Source: Patescibacteria group bacterium
Lineage (GTDB): Bacteria > Patescibacteriota > Patescibacteriia > UBA1558 > GWA2-36-10
DNA length: 64,000 nucleotides
Assembly: GCA_041665505.1 (NCBI GenBank)
Contig: JBAYIR010000001.1
Coordinates: forward strand, 220,392-284,391
Direction of reading: 5' to 3'
The notes beneath the pieces are model-generated. The model was not told the origin of the DNA, searched no databases, and saw nothing but the letters and a program-made list of their open reading frames with translations. Numbering within the stretch: position 1 is the stretch's first letter; each line of letters starts with the position of its first letter. Of this stretch, positions 54,766-64,000 are shown in pieces. A program made the position numbers and the translations under genes.

Positions 54766-55722
54766 CTATTTCTTAAGGGGATGAAAATCTGTATGCATTT
54801 TTTCTGCATACCTATCACTAGCGTGTACATAACGCGTGGTAGTATCCAATGACTCATGACCTAGTAGTATTTGAATAGCTGCTGGATTAGCTCCATTTTC
54901 AGCCAAATAAGTAGCAAAGGCATGACGGATAGAGTGAGCTGAAAATGGAATGTTAATAGACAATAACTCGCGATAACGTTTTATTTTTGATTGTAAATAA
55001 TTGGTAGATATTTTTTTGTGCTTATCAGCGTTGTTTAATCCACGGTAAGGAATAAACAGATAAGGAGTAACATCATGACGAGTACTAAGATAATCTTTAA
55101 TGTGTTTTGTAGCTCGCGGAGTCAAATAAACAAAACGTTGTTTTTTGCCTTTACCCATCACATAGATACGCCCAGTATTATCTAATTGCTCACGCCTTAA
55201 GGAAAGTAATTCTGATATACGCATACCTGTAGCAAAAAGAGTTTCTAGCATGGCACGATTACGAAGTTTAATAGTCGGATCAGTTTCAAATTTTGTAGGA
55301 GCTTCTATTAACCTGATAAGCTCATGCATCTCTGGCACTTGGCCATATTTTTTTTCAGTCTTAAGTAACTTAACGGCATCAGCACTAATAGGAGTCTTAT
55401 AATCTACGTCCATCAAAAATTTTAAATAAGATCTCAGAGCTGACAAAATACGATTGATACTATGGCTAGATAATTTTTTTTCACCCGGCTCGCTCAAGGC
55501 AGTCTCCCTAGAAGTAGAGGAGAGGTAGGCCTTAAATTTGATAATAGACCTTTTGGTAAGATTTTTAAAATCAGTCTTAATATCGCTGGCTAAAAAATTT
55601 TCAAAAGTGTTTAAGTCTCTTTCATAATTGTAGACCGTCTCACTAGAGTAGTTATTGGATTGGATATTCTCCAAATACTCATCCAAGAGAGGAAGCTGAT
55701 ACTTTTTATTGGTTTTTATCAT
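54766..55722 (-). CDS. Tyrosine recombinase XerC/XerD family
   Basis: C-terminal catalytic R...HxxR...Y motifs (HSIRHAFATYL, LGHESLDTTTRY). Confidence 0.8.
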   Translation of the reverse strand: MIKTNKKYQLPLLDEYLENIQSNNYSSETVYNYERDLNTFENFLASDIKTDFKNLTKRSIIKFKAYLSSTSRETALSEPGEKKLSSHSINRILSALRSYLKFLMDVDYKTPISADAVKLLKTEKKYGQVPEMHELIRLIEAPTKFETDPTIKLRNRAMLETLFATGMRISELLSLRREQLDNTGRIYVMGKGKKQRFVYLTPRATKHIKDYLSTRHDVTPYLFIPYRGLNNADKHKKISTNYLQSKIKRYRELLSINIPFSAHSIRHAFATYLAENGANPAAIQILLGHESLDTTTRYVHASDRYAEKMHTDFHPLKK

Positions 55723-55833
55723 ATCTATATTATAAAGGCTGTTTTTATTATTGTCAAACTGAGTGTAAGAGTTATTATACTCAGTTAGTATTATCCATAA
55801 TAAAAAGGCTTATTAAGCCTCATTACTATTAAA

Positions 55834-56658
55834 TCACTTAAAATAGACCTTATCCCCGAATCTGATATCTATATAGTCTATATCTACACCAGTGATATTC
55901 TCTTCTAATACTGCTCTTAAATTATTCAACTGCTGATGTATATCTTGCTCTCTATCTATTTTGACATAAAAACCAGTTTGAGTATTTAAATCAATACTCC
56001 AATCATTATAAATGGTAATTTTCTCTAGCTTAGCCTTAGTTGCTATTAGATCCATCCAATTTAAATATATCTGATTAATAACATTTATCTCTTCATCACT
56101 AAAAATTTGTTCTCCCTCTGGTCGACCATCACGTCTATCGTCTAAAAGCAAGTATTTATCGTCCAAATTGCTGATTTGGCGATTTAAGAGCCCTTTGGCA
56201 TCAAGTAGGTATATTGAGCCATCTTTTTGCCAAATAAAATGAGAATTCTTTTCTTTAATACTTATCTTAAGAGTGCTTGGCCATTTTTTTTGTATTTGTA
56301 CCTCTTCTAAATTATATTGGACAATCAATTGCTGTTTTAGCTCATCTACTGGCACCAAAAAGTAATTGGTCTTTTCAAAAAAAATAAATTTAGTAACTGC
56401 TAGCTGTTCAAAGACAAAATTTTGTACTTCTTCAACACTGACATCATTTTGACCACTTAAGTCTATATTTTTTATTTTCAAAAATTTTAATTGCCAAATA
56501 CTTTGTAATAATAATATAGCTAAAATTATCAGCACAATTCTAAAAATTGTTTTCTTTGGAATATTTCTTTGCTGCACATAATAACCCCGCTGGACCTTTT
56601 GTGGTCTTCGAGGTAAATGTCTCTGCCATGTTTTGGTGGTTTTGATTATTGCGCTCAT
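55834..56658 (-). CDS. FtsQ/DivIB-like cell-division protein (POTRA domain)
   Basis: Basic N-terminus, single TM, then a POTRA-like region. Tentative. Confidence 0.45.
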   Translation of the reverse strand: MSAIIKTTKTWQRHLPRRPQKVQRGYYVQQRNIPKKTIFRIVLIILAILLLQSIWQLKFLKIKNIDLSGQNDVSVEEVQNFVFEQLAVTKFIFFEKTNYFLVPVDELKQQLIVQYNLEEVQIQKKWPSTLKISIKEKNSHFIWQKDGSIYLLDAKGLLNRQISNLDDKYLLLDDRRDGRPEGEQIFSDEEINVINQIYLNWMDLIATKAKLEKITIYNDWSIDLNTQTGFYVKIDREQDIHQQLNNLRAVLEENITGVDIDYIDIRFGDKVYFK

Positions 56659-56710
56659 ACTCTACTCTATATAATAAGACTATATATTATGTGTCGTAAA
56701 ACATTAAATA

Positions 56711-57811
56711 TTAAACTAATCTTCTTTCTAAATTGGGATTTATTCTAGTAACTATTTCATAATTTATACTCTGACACTTATTAGCTATATCGTCAGCACT
56801 GATGTTTTTGCCATCATCTGACCCTAATAATGTTACTATCTCCCCTACTTTGACATCTAGATTGTCTGGTAATTCTACCATGGTTAAATTCATACAAATA
56901 TTTCCCCGGATTGGACAGAGATGCCCTTGAATTAAAACTTCAGCATTATTAGAAAGTAGTCTTGGATAGCCTTCATTGTAGCCAATTGGTAATACTGCTA
57001 TCTGGCAATCTTTGGGACACTGATAAGTCCTGTTGTAACCGATGCTATCTCCTGACTTAAGTTTTTTAATCTGAATTATTTTTGTTTTCCAGCTCATCAC
57101 CGCTTGTAAAGAAAAATTCTTTAGCTCAGCCTTTTCTTTGGTAGACTGACTAGGCCATAAACCATAAAAAGCTAAACCAACTCTTATAATATCACCTTGA
57201 GCTTCTGGTAAAGTAATACTGGCCGCGCTACAAGCACTGTGAAATTTATATTTTTTGTATTCTCTAGTGATATTTTGAAAACTATTTAATTGCTCTTTGG
57301 TAAAACTTTGATCGGCCACCTCTGATTCAGCATAATGAGTAAAGATAGAAAAAATTTTTAAATTACTCTTTTGTTCAATTTGAGCTATTGAGTCTTTAGC
57401 TTCACTAAGTTTAAAACCTAAACGAGAAGTGCCTGTATCAATTTTTATATTAACTAAAAAATCTTGGCCTAAAGATTCTAAATAATCAGCGGTGGCTAAA
57501 TCATAAATGGGCAAAGAAATTTGTGAATCAACTTTCTTTAAAGCTTCAGTATCATCTATATCAAAATAGCTGAGCACCATAATTGGTTTTTTGGTGATAT
57601 TTTTTATAGCCAAAGCTTCATCTAAATTGGCTACCATAAAACCAGCTACATCTTCATTGTCTTTCAAGAAGCTAACTATTTCTTTACTGCCATGCCCATA
57701 GGCATTGCTTTTGACTACTGGCCAAAACTCAGAATTAGGTGCTAAATTTCTAAATTGCCTAATATTGTGTAAAATATTTTTTTGATTGATTTCTATCCAA
57801 GTCAGGGGCAT
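56711..57811 (-). CDS. alr: Alanine racemase
   Basis: PLP-binding VVKSNAYGHG. Confidence 0.88.
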   Translation of the reverse strand: MPLTWIEINQKNILHNIRQFRNLAPNSEFWPVVKSNAYGHGSKEIVSFLKDNEDVAGFMVANLDEALAIKNITKKPIMVLSYFDIDDTEALKKVDSQISLPIYDLATADYLESLGQDFLVNIKIDTGTSRLGFKLSEAKDSIAQIEQKSNLKIFSIFTHYAESEVADQSFTKEQLNSFQNITREYKKYKFHSACSAASITLPEAQGDIIRVGLAFYGLWPSQSTKEKAELKNFSLQAVMSWKTKIIQIKKLKSGDSIGYNRTYQCPKDCQIAVLPIGYNEGYPRLLSNNAEVLIQGHLCPIRGNICMNLTMVELPDNLDVKVGEIVTLLGSDDGKNISADDIANKCQSINYEIVTRINPNLERRLV

Positions 57812-59047
57812 TTATTTTTTGAGTACTTTCTTATTCATGTATTTTTGTAAAACTTTGGGCACTTTGACTGATCCATCAGCTTGTTGATTTTGCTCCAATA
57901 TAGCTGGCAAAATACGACTAGTCGCTAGACCTGAAGCATTTAGAGTATGCACAAACTTATTTTTACCATCACTATCTTTAAATCTAGTATTACCACGACG
58001 AGCTTGATAATCTAAAGCATTGGAGACACTAGAAACTTCTTTATAGGTATTCATAGACGGAATCCAGACCTCAATATCAACTGTTTTAGCCATAGCTGCA
58101 CTACAATCCCCAGCCGCCAATTTTACTGAAGTGTAGTGTAAATCTAAACCTTCTACTAATTTTTCAGCGTGTTTGAGTAATTCATCAAAAGCTGACCACG
58201 AATCATCTGGCTTGGTAAATTGAAACATTTCAATTTTATTGAATTGATGACCACGAATCATACCCCTCTCCTCTGCTCGATATGAGCCAGCCTCCCTGCG
58301 GAAGCAAGTAGAAAAAGCATAATATTTTAACGGCAAATTTTTAATATCTAGCATTTCATCACGATGAAAATTACCCAACATCATTTCTGAAGTAGCATTT
58401 AAACAAAGCTTATCTTGAGTCCAAAACAAATCATCTCTAAATTTTGGCAAGTGCCCAGAGGTGTAAGCAGATTTTTCAGTCAGTAGAAATGGCGGGATTA
58501 TAAAAGTATAATTATTTTTACGGTGATAATCAATAAAATAACTTAAGAGTGCCCATTCTAATAAAGCGCCATCACCAGTGTAAGCCCAAAAACCAGCCCC
58601 CGACATCTTGGCAGCTCTTTCATAATCTATTAGACCCAAGCTAGTAGCTAAATCCACATGGTTTTTGACTGCAAAATCAAAGCTTGGTTTATTTTTAAAA
58701 GTCTTAATAATCTGATTATTTTCTTTACCACCAGTGACAACATCATCAGCAACAATATTTGGTAAGGCTGAGAGTGCCCCATCTAATTCTGATTGAGCTA
58801 TAAATAAATTTGCATCCGAATCCTTGATTTCTTTACCTAGGCTTCTCATTCTTTTAATAATTTGCACATCTGGTTTGGATTTTGAAAATTTATTTCTCTC
58901 AGCTTTTAATTCTTCATTTTTAGCAATCATTTTTCTACGATAATCATCTAACTTGATTATTTTTTTAAAATCAACTACAAAACCTCGTTTTTCTAAGGCC
59001 TTTTCTATTTCTTCTGTTTTTTCTCTAATTAAATTAATATCTAACAT
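57812..59047 (-). CDS. serS: Serine--tRNA ligase
   Basis: N-terminal coiled coil MLDINLIRE..., class II motifs (FRREAGS, GSGLA-like). Confidence 0.9.
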   Translation of the reverse strand: MLDINLIREKTEEIEKALEKRGFVVDFKKIIKLDDYRRKMIAKNEELKAERNKFSKSKPDVQIIKRMRSLGKEIKDSDANLFIAQSELDGALSALPNIVADDVVTGGKENNQIIKTFKNKPSFDFAVKNHVDLATSLGLIDYERAAKMSGAGFWAYTGDGALLEWALLSYFIDYHRKNNYTFIIPPFLLTEKSAYTSGHLPKFRDDLFWTQDKLCLNATSEMMLGNFHRDEMLDIKNLPLKYYAFSTCFRREAGSYRAEERGMIRGHQFNKIEMFQFTKPDDSWSAFDELLKHAEKLVEGLDLHYTSVKLAAGDCSAAMAKTVDIEVWIPSMNTYKEVSSVSNALDYQARRGNTRFKDSDGKNKFVHTLNASGLATSRILPAILEQNQQADGSVKVPKVLQKYMNKKVLKK

Positions 59048-59048
59048 A

Positions 59049-59618
59049 CTATTTGATTATAATTTTTTTGATTTCATCTCCTTGAACTATAGAATCAACT
59101 ACCTCTTGACCTTCTAAAACTCCAGCAAAAATAGTGTGTTTACCGTCTAACCAAGGCGTAGGCACATGGGTAATAAAAAATTGTGAGCCATTGGTATTTG
59201 GTCCAGAATTGGCCATAGAAACAATACCTGCCATATTGTGTTTTAAATTGGGATGGAGTTCATCTTTAAAGGTATAACCTGGGCCACCAGTACCAGCAAT
59301 AGGTAAATTGCTACCATCTGGGGTATAAGAAAAATCTTTGCCTGCTTCGCCTTTAGTTTGAGGATCGCCAGTCTGAATCATAAAATTTTCAATCACTCTA
59401 TGAAACTTCACACCATCATAAAATCCCTCTTGAGCTAATTTTACAAAATTTTCTACCGTCACAGGTACCTTATCATGAAATAAGGCTATTTTTATATCCC
59501 CTTTATTTGTTTTGATTATTGCTTCTTCCATAGTAATTTTTTTGGCTGGAAAAATCAGCATCATCACTACAGCCAAAAAAATTGCTCCAGCCATGATTAA
59601 AAGATTTTTTTTATCCAT
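59049..59618 (-). CDS. Cyclophilin-type peptidyl-prolyl isomerase, membrane-anchored/secreted
   Basis: [15 protein letters not shown] and SMAN...GSQFFIT blocks. N-terminal TM. Confidence 0.85.
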   Translation of the reverse strand: MDKKNLLIMAGAIFLAVVMMLIFPAKKITMEEAIIKTNKGDIKIALFHDKVPVTVENFVKLAQEGFYDGVKFHRVIENFMIQTGDPQTKGEAGKDFSYTPDGSNLPIAGTGGPGYTFKDELHPNLKHNMAGIVSMANSGPNTNGSQFFITHVPTPWLDGKHTIFAGVLEGQEVVDSIVQGDEIKKIIIK

Positions 59619-59619
59619 A

Positions 59620-60216
59620 TTATTTTAATTGTTTAATTATTTGTTCTAATGCCCTACCCCGATGACTAATAGCGTTTTTTTGATCAATAGTCAGCTCAGA
59701 AAATACTTTATCATAGCCATCTGGATAAAATACTGCACTATATGGCAAACCTTTATCCATCTTACAAATTAATTGACTAGCGATTGTGCCTAATTGTTCT
59801 CCTCTAGCAATTAACTCCTCCTGCCCATCATAAAAAGCTACAACTGTCACAAATTTAGCGCTTCTTTTTTCTGCCGGCACATCTTTCATTTTATCCAAAA
59901 GCATCTGCAACAACTCTTCATCTGTAGCTGTATAACCTGGCCAAGTCCTAGAATGAACACCTGGCTCGCCACCTAAAGCTTCTACTGAAAGTCCTGAATC
60001 ATCAGCCATAGTGGGTATCTTGGACAAGTTATAATAAAATTTGGCCTTGGCCATTGCATTTTCCTCATATGTTTGGCCTGTTTCTTTATAATCTTCTATA
60101 ATGCCCAAATCAGCTAAAGAAACAATTTCTATTCCTAAATCCTTAGATAATTTTACTTGCGATTCTTTAAATTTACCTTGATTATGAGTAGCTATCAATA
60201 ACTTATTTATTTTCAT
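59620..60216 (-). CDS. rdgB: dITP/XTP pyrophosphatase (Ham1/RdgB family)
   Basis: [10 protein letters not shown] and the FVTVVAF block. Confidence 0.8.
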   Translation of the reverse strand: MKINKLLIATHNQGKFKESQVKLSKDLGIEIVSLADLGIIEDYKETGQTYEENAMAKAKFYYNLSKIPTMADDSGLSVEALGGEPGVHSRTWPGYTATDEELLQMLLDKMKDVPAEKRSAKFVTVVAFYDGQEELIARGEQLGTIASQLICKMDKGLPYSAVFYPDGYDKVFSELTIDQKNAISHRGRALEQIIKQLK

Positions 60217-61771
60217 CTTTTGGCCTCATTAATGGAAAGAAAACACAATCCCTCAAACTGTCTTGCTGAGATAAAATAGTAATAAATCTATCCAAACCAA
60301 GACCTACTCCAGAGATTGGTGGCATACCATGCTCCATAGCCAATATATACTCATCATCACCTTCCATAGCTTCTTCATCTCCTTTGGCTTTTTCTTTTTC
60401 CTGTTCTTTAAATCTAGCAGCCTGATCAACAGAATCTACTAATTCCGAATAGCCTTTGACTATTTCCCAACCATTTATAACCAATTGAAATTGGTTGACC
60501 ATCTCCGGGTGATTATTATTGGTTCTAGCTAATGGTTGCAAAGCCTTGGGGTAATTATATAAAAAGGCTGGACCAACAATTTTTGGCAGACTGACTTTTT
60601 TGTAAAGATAATCTACCAAAGTAGCATAACCCATTTTATCCATGTCTGTGATATCTATTTTATTTTTCTTGATGGCTTTTTTTAATTCTTCTACATCTTT
60701 GGTCTCTAAGATGTTTATCCCTGAATCTTTTTTTATTAGCTCTACATAATCTATTCTCGGCCACTCTCCTAAGAAATCAACTTTTTTTACTTTACCTTCT
60801 TTATTTTTTACTGGTACAGTTGAATCAATATTTAGTTTTTTCAAAACATGCTTAATCAGTCTTTCTGTAAAATCCATATTCTGCTTATAGCCCCAATAAG
60901 CTACATACCATTCAAAATGAGTATGTTCTGGTAAATGAGAAGGGTCTATCCCCTCATTTCTAAAAGCTTTGCCTATTTCAAAAATTCTTTCAAAACCACC
61001 AATAATCAATTTTTTGTGTGGCAACTCTTGAGATATGCGCAAAACCAAATCAGCATCCAAAGCATTATTGTGAGTAAAATATGGCTTAGCAGCTGCTCCA
61101 GTGGCTTTGTACTCCAAAATAGGAGTCTCTACTTCATCAAAATTATTGTCCCAAAAAAATTCTCTAAAAGTTTTAATAATATCTGACCTAAATTTAAATC
61201 TTTTTCTAGCCTCCTCATTGGTAATGGTATCTAGATATCTCCTACGTAAAATCTGCTCTTCGTCTGACAAACCATGAAATTTTTCTGGTAACGGCCTCAA
61301 GGCTTTACCCAAAAATGTCAATTCTTTAACCAATAGAGTCAACTCACCATGATTGGTTTTAAATAGTTCACCTTCCACTCCAATATAATCACCAATATCA
61401 ATCATCTTTTCCCAAAATTTATGATGAGGCATTTTACTTTCATCCAAAGCAATAATCTTAGTAATATCTTTTACCAAGGCCAATTGTATTCTGCCTTCAA
61501 AATCCTGTAACTGAGCAAAAGAAAGTTTGCCATGTGAGCGAAAAATCATCACTCGGCCAGCCAGACGAATATCTTTTCGAGGAGACTTAATAACTTCTTC
61601 ATTTGAACGAATATTTTTGTCTGCTTTCTTTTTGGCTAAATCTGTGCTAATCCTATCCAAAAAATTTTCTGGAGTAATATCTATCCCTAACTCCGCTATA
61701 GTTAATCTTTTGGCTAATCTTTGCTGATATTCATCATTGATATCTGGCTCTTTGGCTTCATTTTTTATCAT
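60203..61771 (-). CDS. lysS: Lysine--tRNA ligase (class II)
   Basis: OB-fold N-domain and class II motifs (FRNEG, GGLGLGLDRF). Confidence 0.9.
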   Translation of the reverse strand: MIKNEAKEPDINDEYQQRLAKRLTIAELGIDITPENFLDRISTDLAKKKADKNIRSNEEVIKSPRKDIRLAGRVMIFRSHGKLSFAQLQDFEGRIQLALVKDITKIIALDESKMPHHKFWEKMIDIGDYIGVEGELFKTNHGELTLLVKELTFLGKALRPLPEKFHGLSDEEQILRRRYLDTITNEEARKRFKFRSDIIKTFREFFWDNNFDEVETPILEYKATGAAAKPYFTHNNALDADLVLRISQELPHKKLIIGGFERIFEIGKAFRNEGIDPSHLPEHTHFEWYVAYWGYKQNMDFTERLIKHVLKKLNIDSTVPVKNKEGKVKKVDFLGEWPRIDYVELIKKDSGINILETKDVEELKKAIKKNKIDITDMDKMGYATLVDYLYKKVSLPKIVGPAFLYNYPKALQPLARTNNNHPEMVNQFQLVINGWEIVKGYSELVDSVDQAARFKEQEKEKAKGDEEAMEGDDEYILAMEHGMPPISGVGLGLDRFITILSQQDSLRDCVFFPLMRPKDENK

Positions 61772-61833
61772 AAATATAAAATTTTCTTATGAAATAATAA
61801 TACAAGAATTTAGGCTAAAAATCAAGGTAAAAA

Positions 61834-62640
61834 CTACTTAAGCAACGGCAATTTTTGGCCTTTAAATTTTAGGAGATATTTTATGAAACTAATGATATGA
61901 TGACGAGCTGTTTTGGAAAATAAGGTCTGCCAGAGTCCTTGAGAAGCTGATTGACGACGATGGAGATGAATTATCTCGGCTGTACCAACATAAACTACCT
62001 TATATCCATTTGCCCAAAAACGTCTAGACCAATCCAAATCCTCCATGTATATAAAATAGCGTTCGTCCAATAATCCTACTTTTTTTAAAGCTTGGCTTCT
62101 GACTATCAAACAAGCTCCATATAAACTAGGCACTTGGCTATTTTTGTAGTGATCCAAATCTTTCATTAAGTATTTATCCGACCATTTTTGACCAGCCTTA
62201 GTCTCGCCAAGTGAAGTACGTCGATAAAGCGGTAATTTCCAATCTGGAAAATTGGTGCAAGAATATTGAATAGTCTTATCAGCATTAATCAGCCTAGGTC
62301 CAGCTAAAGCCACTTGTGGATTAGCCTCCATATATTCATAAAGTTGTACTATGGCGTTTGATAAAATTGCTAAGTCTGGGTTCATAATCATAATATATTT
62401 ACCCTGAGCTGCTTTGATGCCTAAATTATTGCCATAAGCAAAACCACCATTTTTATTACTCTGAATAAATTTAACCATTGGAAATTTTGCTTCTACAATC
62501 TCTTTTAATCCATCGTAAGAGGCATTATCCACTACAATAATTTCATATTGATAAGGTAAATTTAAATCTAACAAATTTTTTAATAATTCTTTGCTTAAAT
62601 TTTTATTTTTGTAATTTAAAATTACTATTGATAAATCCAT
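61834..62640 (-). CDS. Family 2 glycosyltransferase
   Basis: MDLSIVILNYKN start and a DxD region (VVDNAS). Confidence 0.75.
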   Translation of the reverse strand: MDLSIVILNYKNKNLSKELLKNLLDLNLPYQYEIIVVDNASYDGLKEIVEAKFPMVKFIQSNKNGGFAYGNNLGIKAAQGKYIMIMNPDLAILSNAIVQLYEYMEANPQVALAGPRLINADKTIQYSCTNFPDWKLPLYRRTSLGETKAGQKWSDKYLMKDLDHYKNSQVPSLYGACLIVRSQALKKVGLLDERYFIYMEDLDWSRRFWANGYKVVYVGTAEIIHLHRRQSASQGLWQTLFSKTARHHIISFIKYLLKFKGQKLPLLK

Positions 62641-62771
62641 ATTCGCCCCGTTAAATAATATTTAAGTTTTTACTTAAATATTAAATTTTAATTATTAACG
62701 TAACTTATATAAGCATTATTTTATTCCCCTAATATATAAATAAATAATTCATTTTTATTTTTAAAATTTAT

Positions 62772-63779
62772 TTAACGGGGTGAATTTACAAACCATTTAT
62801 AAATATCATCGGCATTTATCTTTCTGTGCTTCATGATATATTTTCTTTTTTTAGCTAGACTAGGAATAGCCCTTAGATATTCTTTAAAACCAACTAAAGT
62901 CCTTCTTTCAAAAAGCAATAAATATATAAACTTTTTAAACTCATAGAAACTAATAGCAAAAAAATCTTGGAATAAATTTTTATAAAAAGAATTCTTATAC
63001 AAAAGCATTAGATGATTGCGATAAGAAAGTTTGTTGGCTAGACCTCTACGTTGACGAGATTCTTTAAGATTTTTACTTTTGGCCACGCTACGATGATGGT
63101 AAGCTTTGGTACTAGTAACTAACCAATTTTCCCAAGCAAATAATCTTAGTCGCCAAGCTAAATCAGCATCCTCTTTATAGGCAAAAAAATCTTCATCAAA
63201 ATATTCTAAATGATTGCCCTTTGGCAAACCAGCCACAATATCTAAGGCCTGACGTCTATATAAAGTAGCTGTAGCGGAAAGACCAAAAACCTCTTGATTA
63301 TCTACAGCTACTTCTTTTTGACCTTGATAATTATCTATAATTTCTCTCTGCTTATTTATTTTTAAACCATAAGAATCAATAATTTTTGTTTTGACTCCAC
63401 TGGCAAAATCCCAATACATCAGTTTGCCAGAGCAAGAAGCAACATTTTTATTTTTTTCCAAAAAATCTACTAACTCTCTAAGATAATTTTCTTCTAATAT
63501 CACATCTTGATTTAAAACCAAAACATAATCTGAATTTGACCAATTTATCAATAGATTATGCCCCTTGGCAAAACCAATATTTTGTTTTTGATTTATAATT
63601 CTAGCCTTAGGATAATATTCTCTAACAATATCCACTGATTTATCACTGGAGGCATTATCTAAAACCAAAATTTCCCAATCTACAAAAGATTGAGCAGATA
63701 AACTTTTGAGTAGCCAAGGCAAATATTCTTGACCATTCCAAGTAAGCAAACTAATAGTAACTGTTGGTTTTTGTTGCAT
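62772..63779 (-). CDS. Family 2 glycosyltransferase
   Basis: TISLLTWNGQEYL start, LDNASSD, GT-A fold. Confidence 0.75.
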   Translation of the reverse strand: MQQKPTVTISLLTWNGQEYLPWLLKSLSAQSFVDWEILVLDNASSDKSVDIVREYYPKARIINQKQNIGFAKGHNLLINWSNSDYVLVLNQDVILEENYLRELVDFLEKNKNVASCSGKLMYWDFASGVKTKIIDSYGLKINKQREIIDNYQGQKEVAVDNQEVFGLSATATLYRRQALDIVAGLPKGNHLEYFDEDFFAYKEDADLAWRLRLFAWENWLVTSTKAYHHRSVAKSKNLKESRQRRGLANKLSYRNHLMLLYKNSFYKNLFQDFFAISFYEFKKFIYLLLFERRTLVGFKEYLRAIPSLAKKRKYIMKHRKINADDIYKWFVNSPR

Positions 63780-63972
63780 AAGGAGAAAAAATTATACTAG
63801 CCAAGATCAAAAATGCCAAACCAATAGGATGATTGATATATGGTGTAAATATATGAATAATTAATAAACTAGTCAATGTAGCACTAAATGTTAAGCTAAG
63901 TATGGGTTCAGTACCTAGACTTAGATAGATTCTATTATAGACCAATATTAGCCAAAAAATAAAAGCTAGCAC
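63751..63972 (-). CDS. Small membrane protein (GTG start)
   Basis: SD AAAGGAGG 9 nt upstream of GTG. Two hydrophobic helices. Overlaps the start of the downstream GT2 gene. Confidence 0.35.
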   Translation of the reverse strand: MLAFIFWLILVYNRIYLSLGTEPILSLTFSATLTSLLIIHIFTPYINHPIGLAFLILASIIFSPYATKTNSYY

Positions 63973-64000
63973 TAATAAAATTCCTCCTTTGACTAATTGA

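Noticed and set aside
54766-55722. XerC/D-family recombinase as the integrase of a mobile element
   Set aside because: It is a single tyrosine recombinase in a housekeeping context (ftsQ, alr, serS). No flanking direct repeats or cargo genes were seen, so it is most likely the chromosomal dimer-resolution recombinase. The adjacent sRNA candidate is noted separately.

Overview
This window looks like a low-GC, streamlined bacterial genome of the Patescibacteria/CPR type. The evidence is that the genes are largely housekeeping, many proteins are short or fused, and there are T4SS-like and type IV pilin genes. The + strand carries LepA (C-terminus), DnaX, tRNA-Gln, UppS, Ddl, SecD/SecF, MnmA, AlaRS, HPF, SecA, PyrD, GltX and others. 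The - strand carries GreA, Fmt/Def, XerC/D, FtsQ-like, Alr, SerS, PpiB, RdgB, LysS and two GT2 glycosyltransferases. Five things stand out. (1) A GC-rich island of about 3 kb (about 24.6-27.7 kb) lies between greA and alaS. It contains a type IV pilin, a strongly translated small ORF, a stand-alone SpoT/Mesh1-type (p)ppGpp hydrolase, and about 830 nt with no ORF. That ORF-free stretch is organised as two consecutive units, each with a consensus TTGACA-17/18-TATAAT promoter and an intrinsic terminator, so they are candidate structured RNAs of unknown class. (2) There are T4SS-like components. Two tandem VirB2/TrbC-like pilin genes, plus a 3' remnant of a third copy, sit directly 3' of tRNA-Gln. 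Two paralogous VirB4/VirD4-like P-loop ATPase loci are present, one fused into a single 820-aa protein and the other split exactly at the homologous position. (3) There are unusual domain fusions: SecD with an inserted parvulin PPIase, a PP-loop ATPase fused to MurD, a MEMO-like domain fused to CapA, and a sigma region 4 fused to a HARE-HTH. (4) An archaeal-type AMP phosphorylase is present. (5) A chorismate-mutase-like gene is broken by a +1 frameshift at an A7 tract. No CRISPR array, rRNA or transposase was recognisable.
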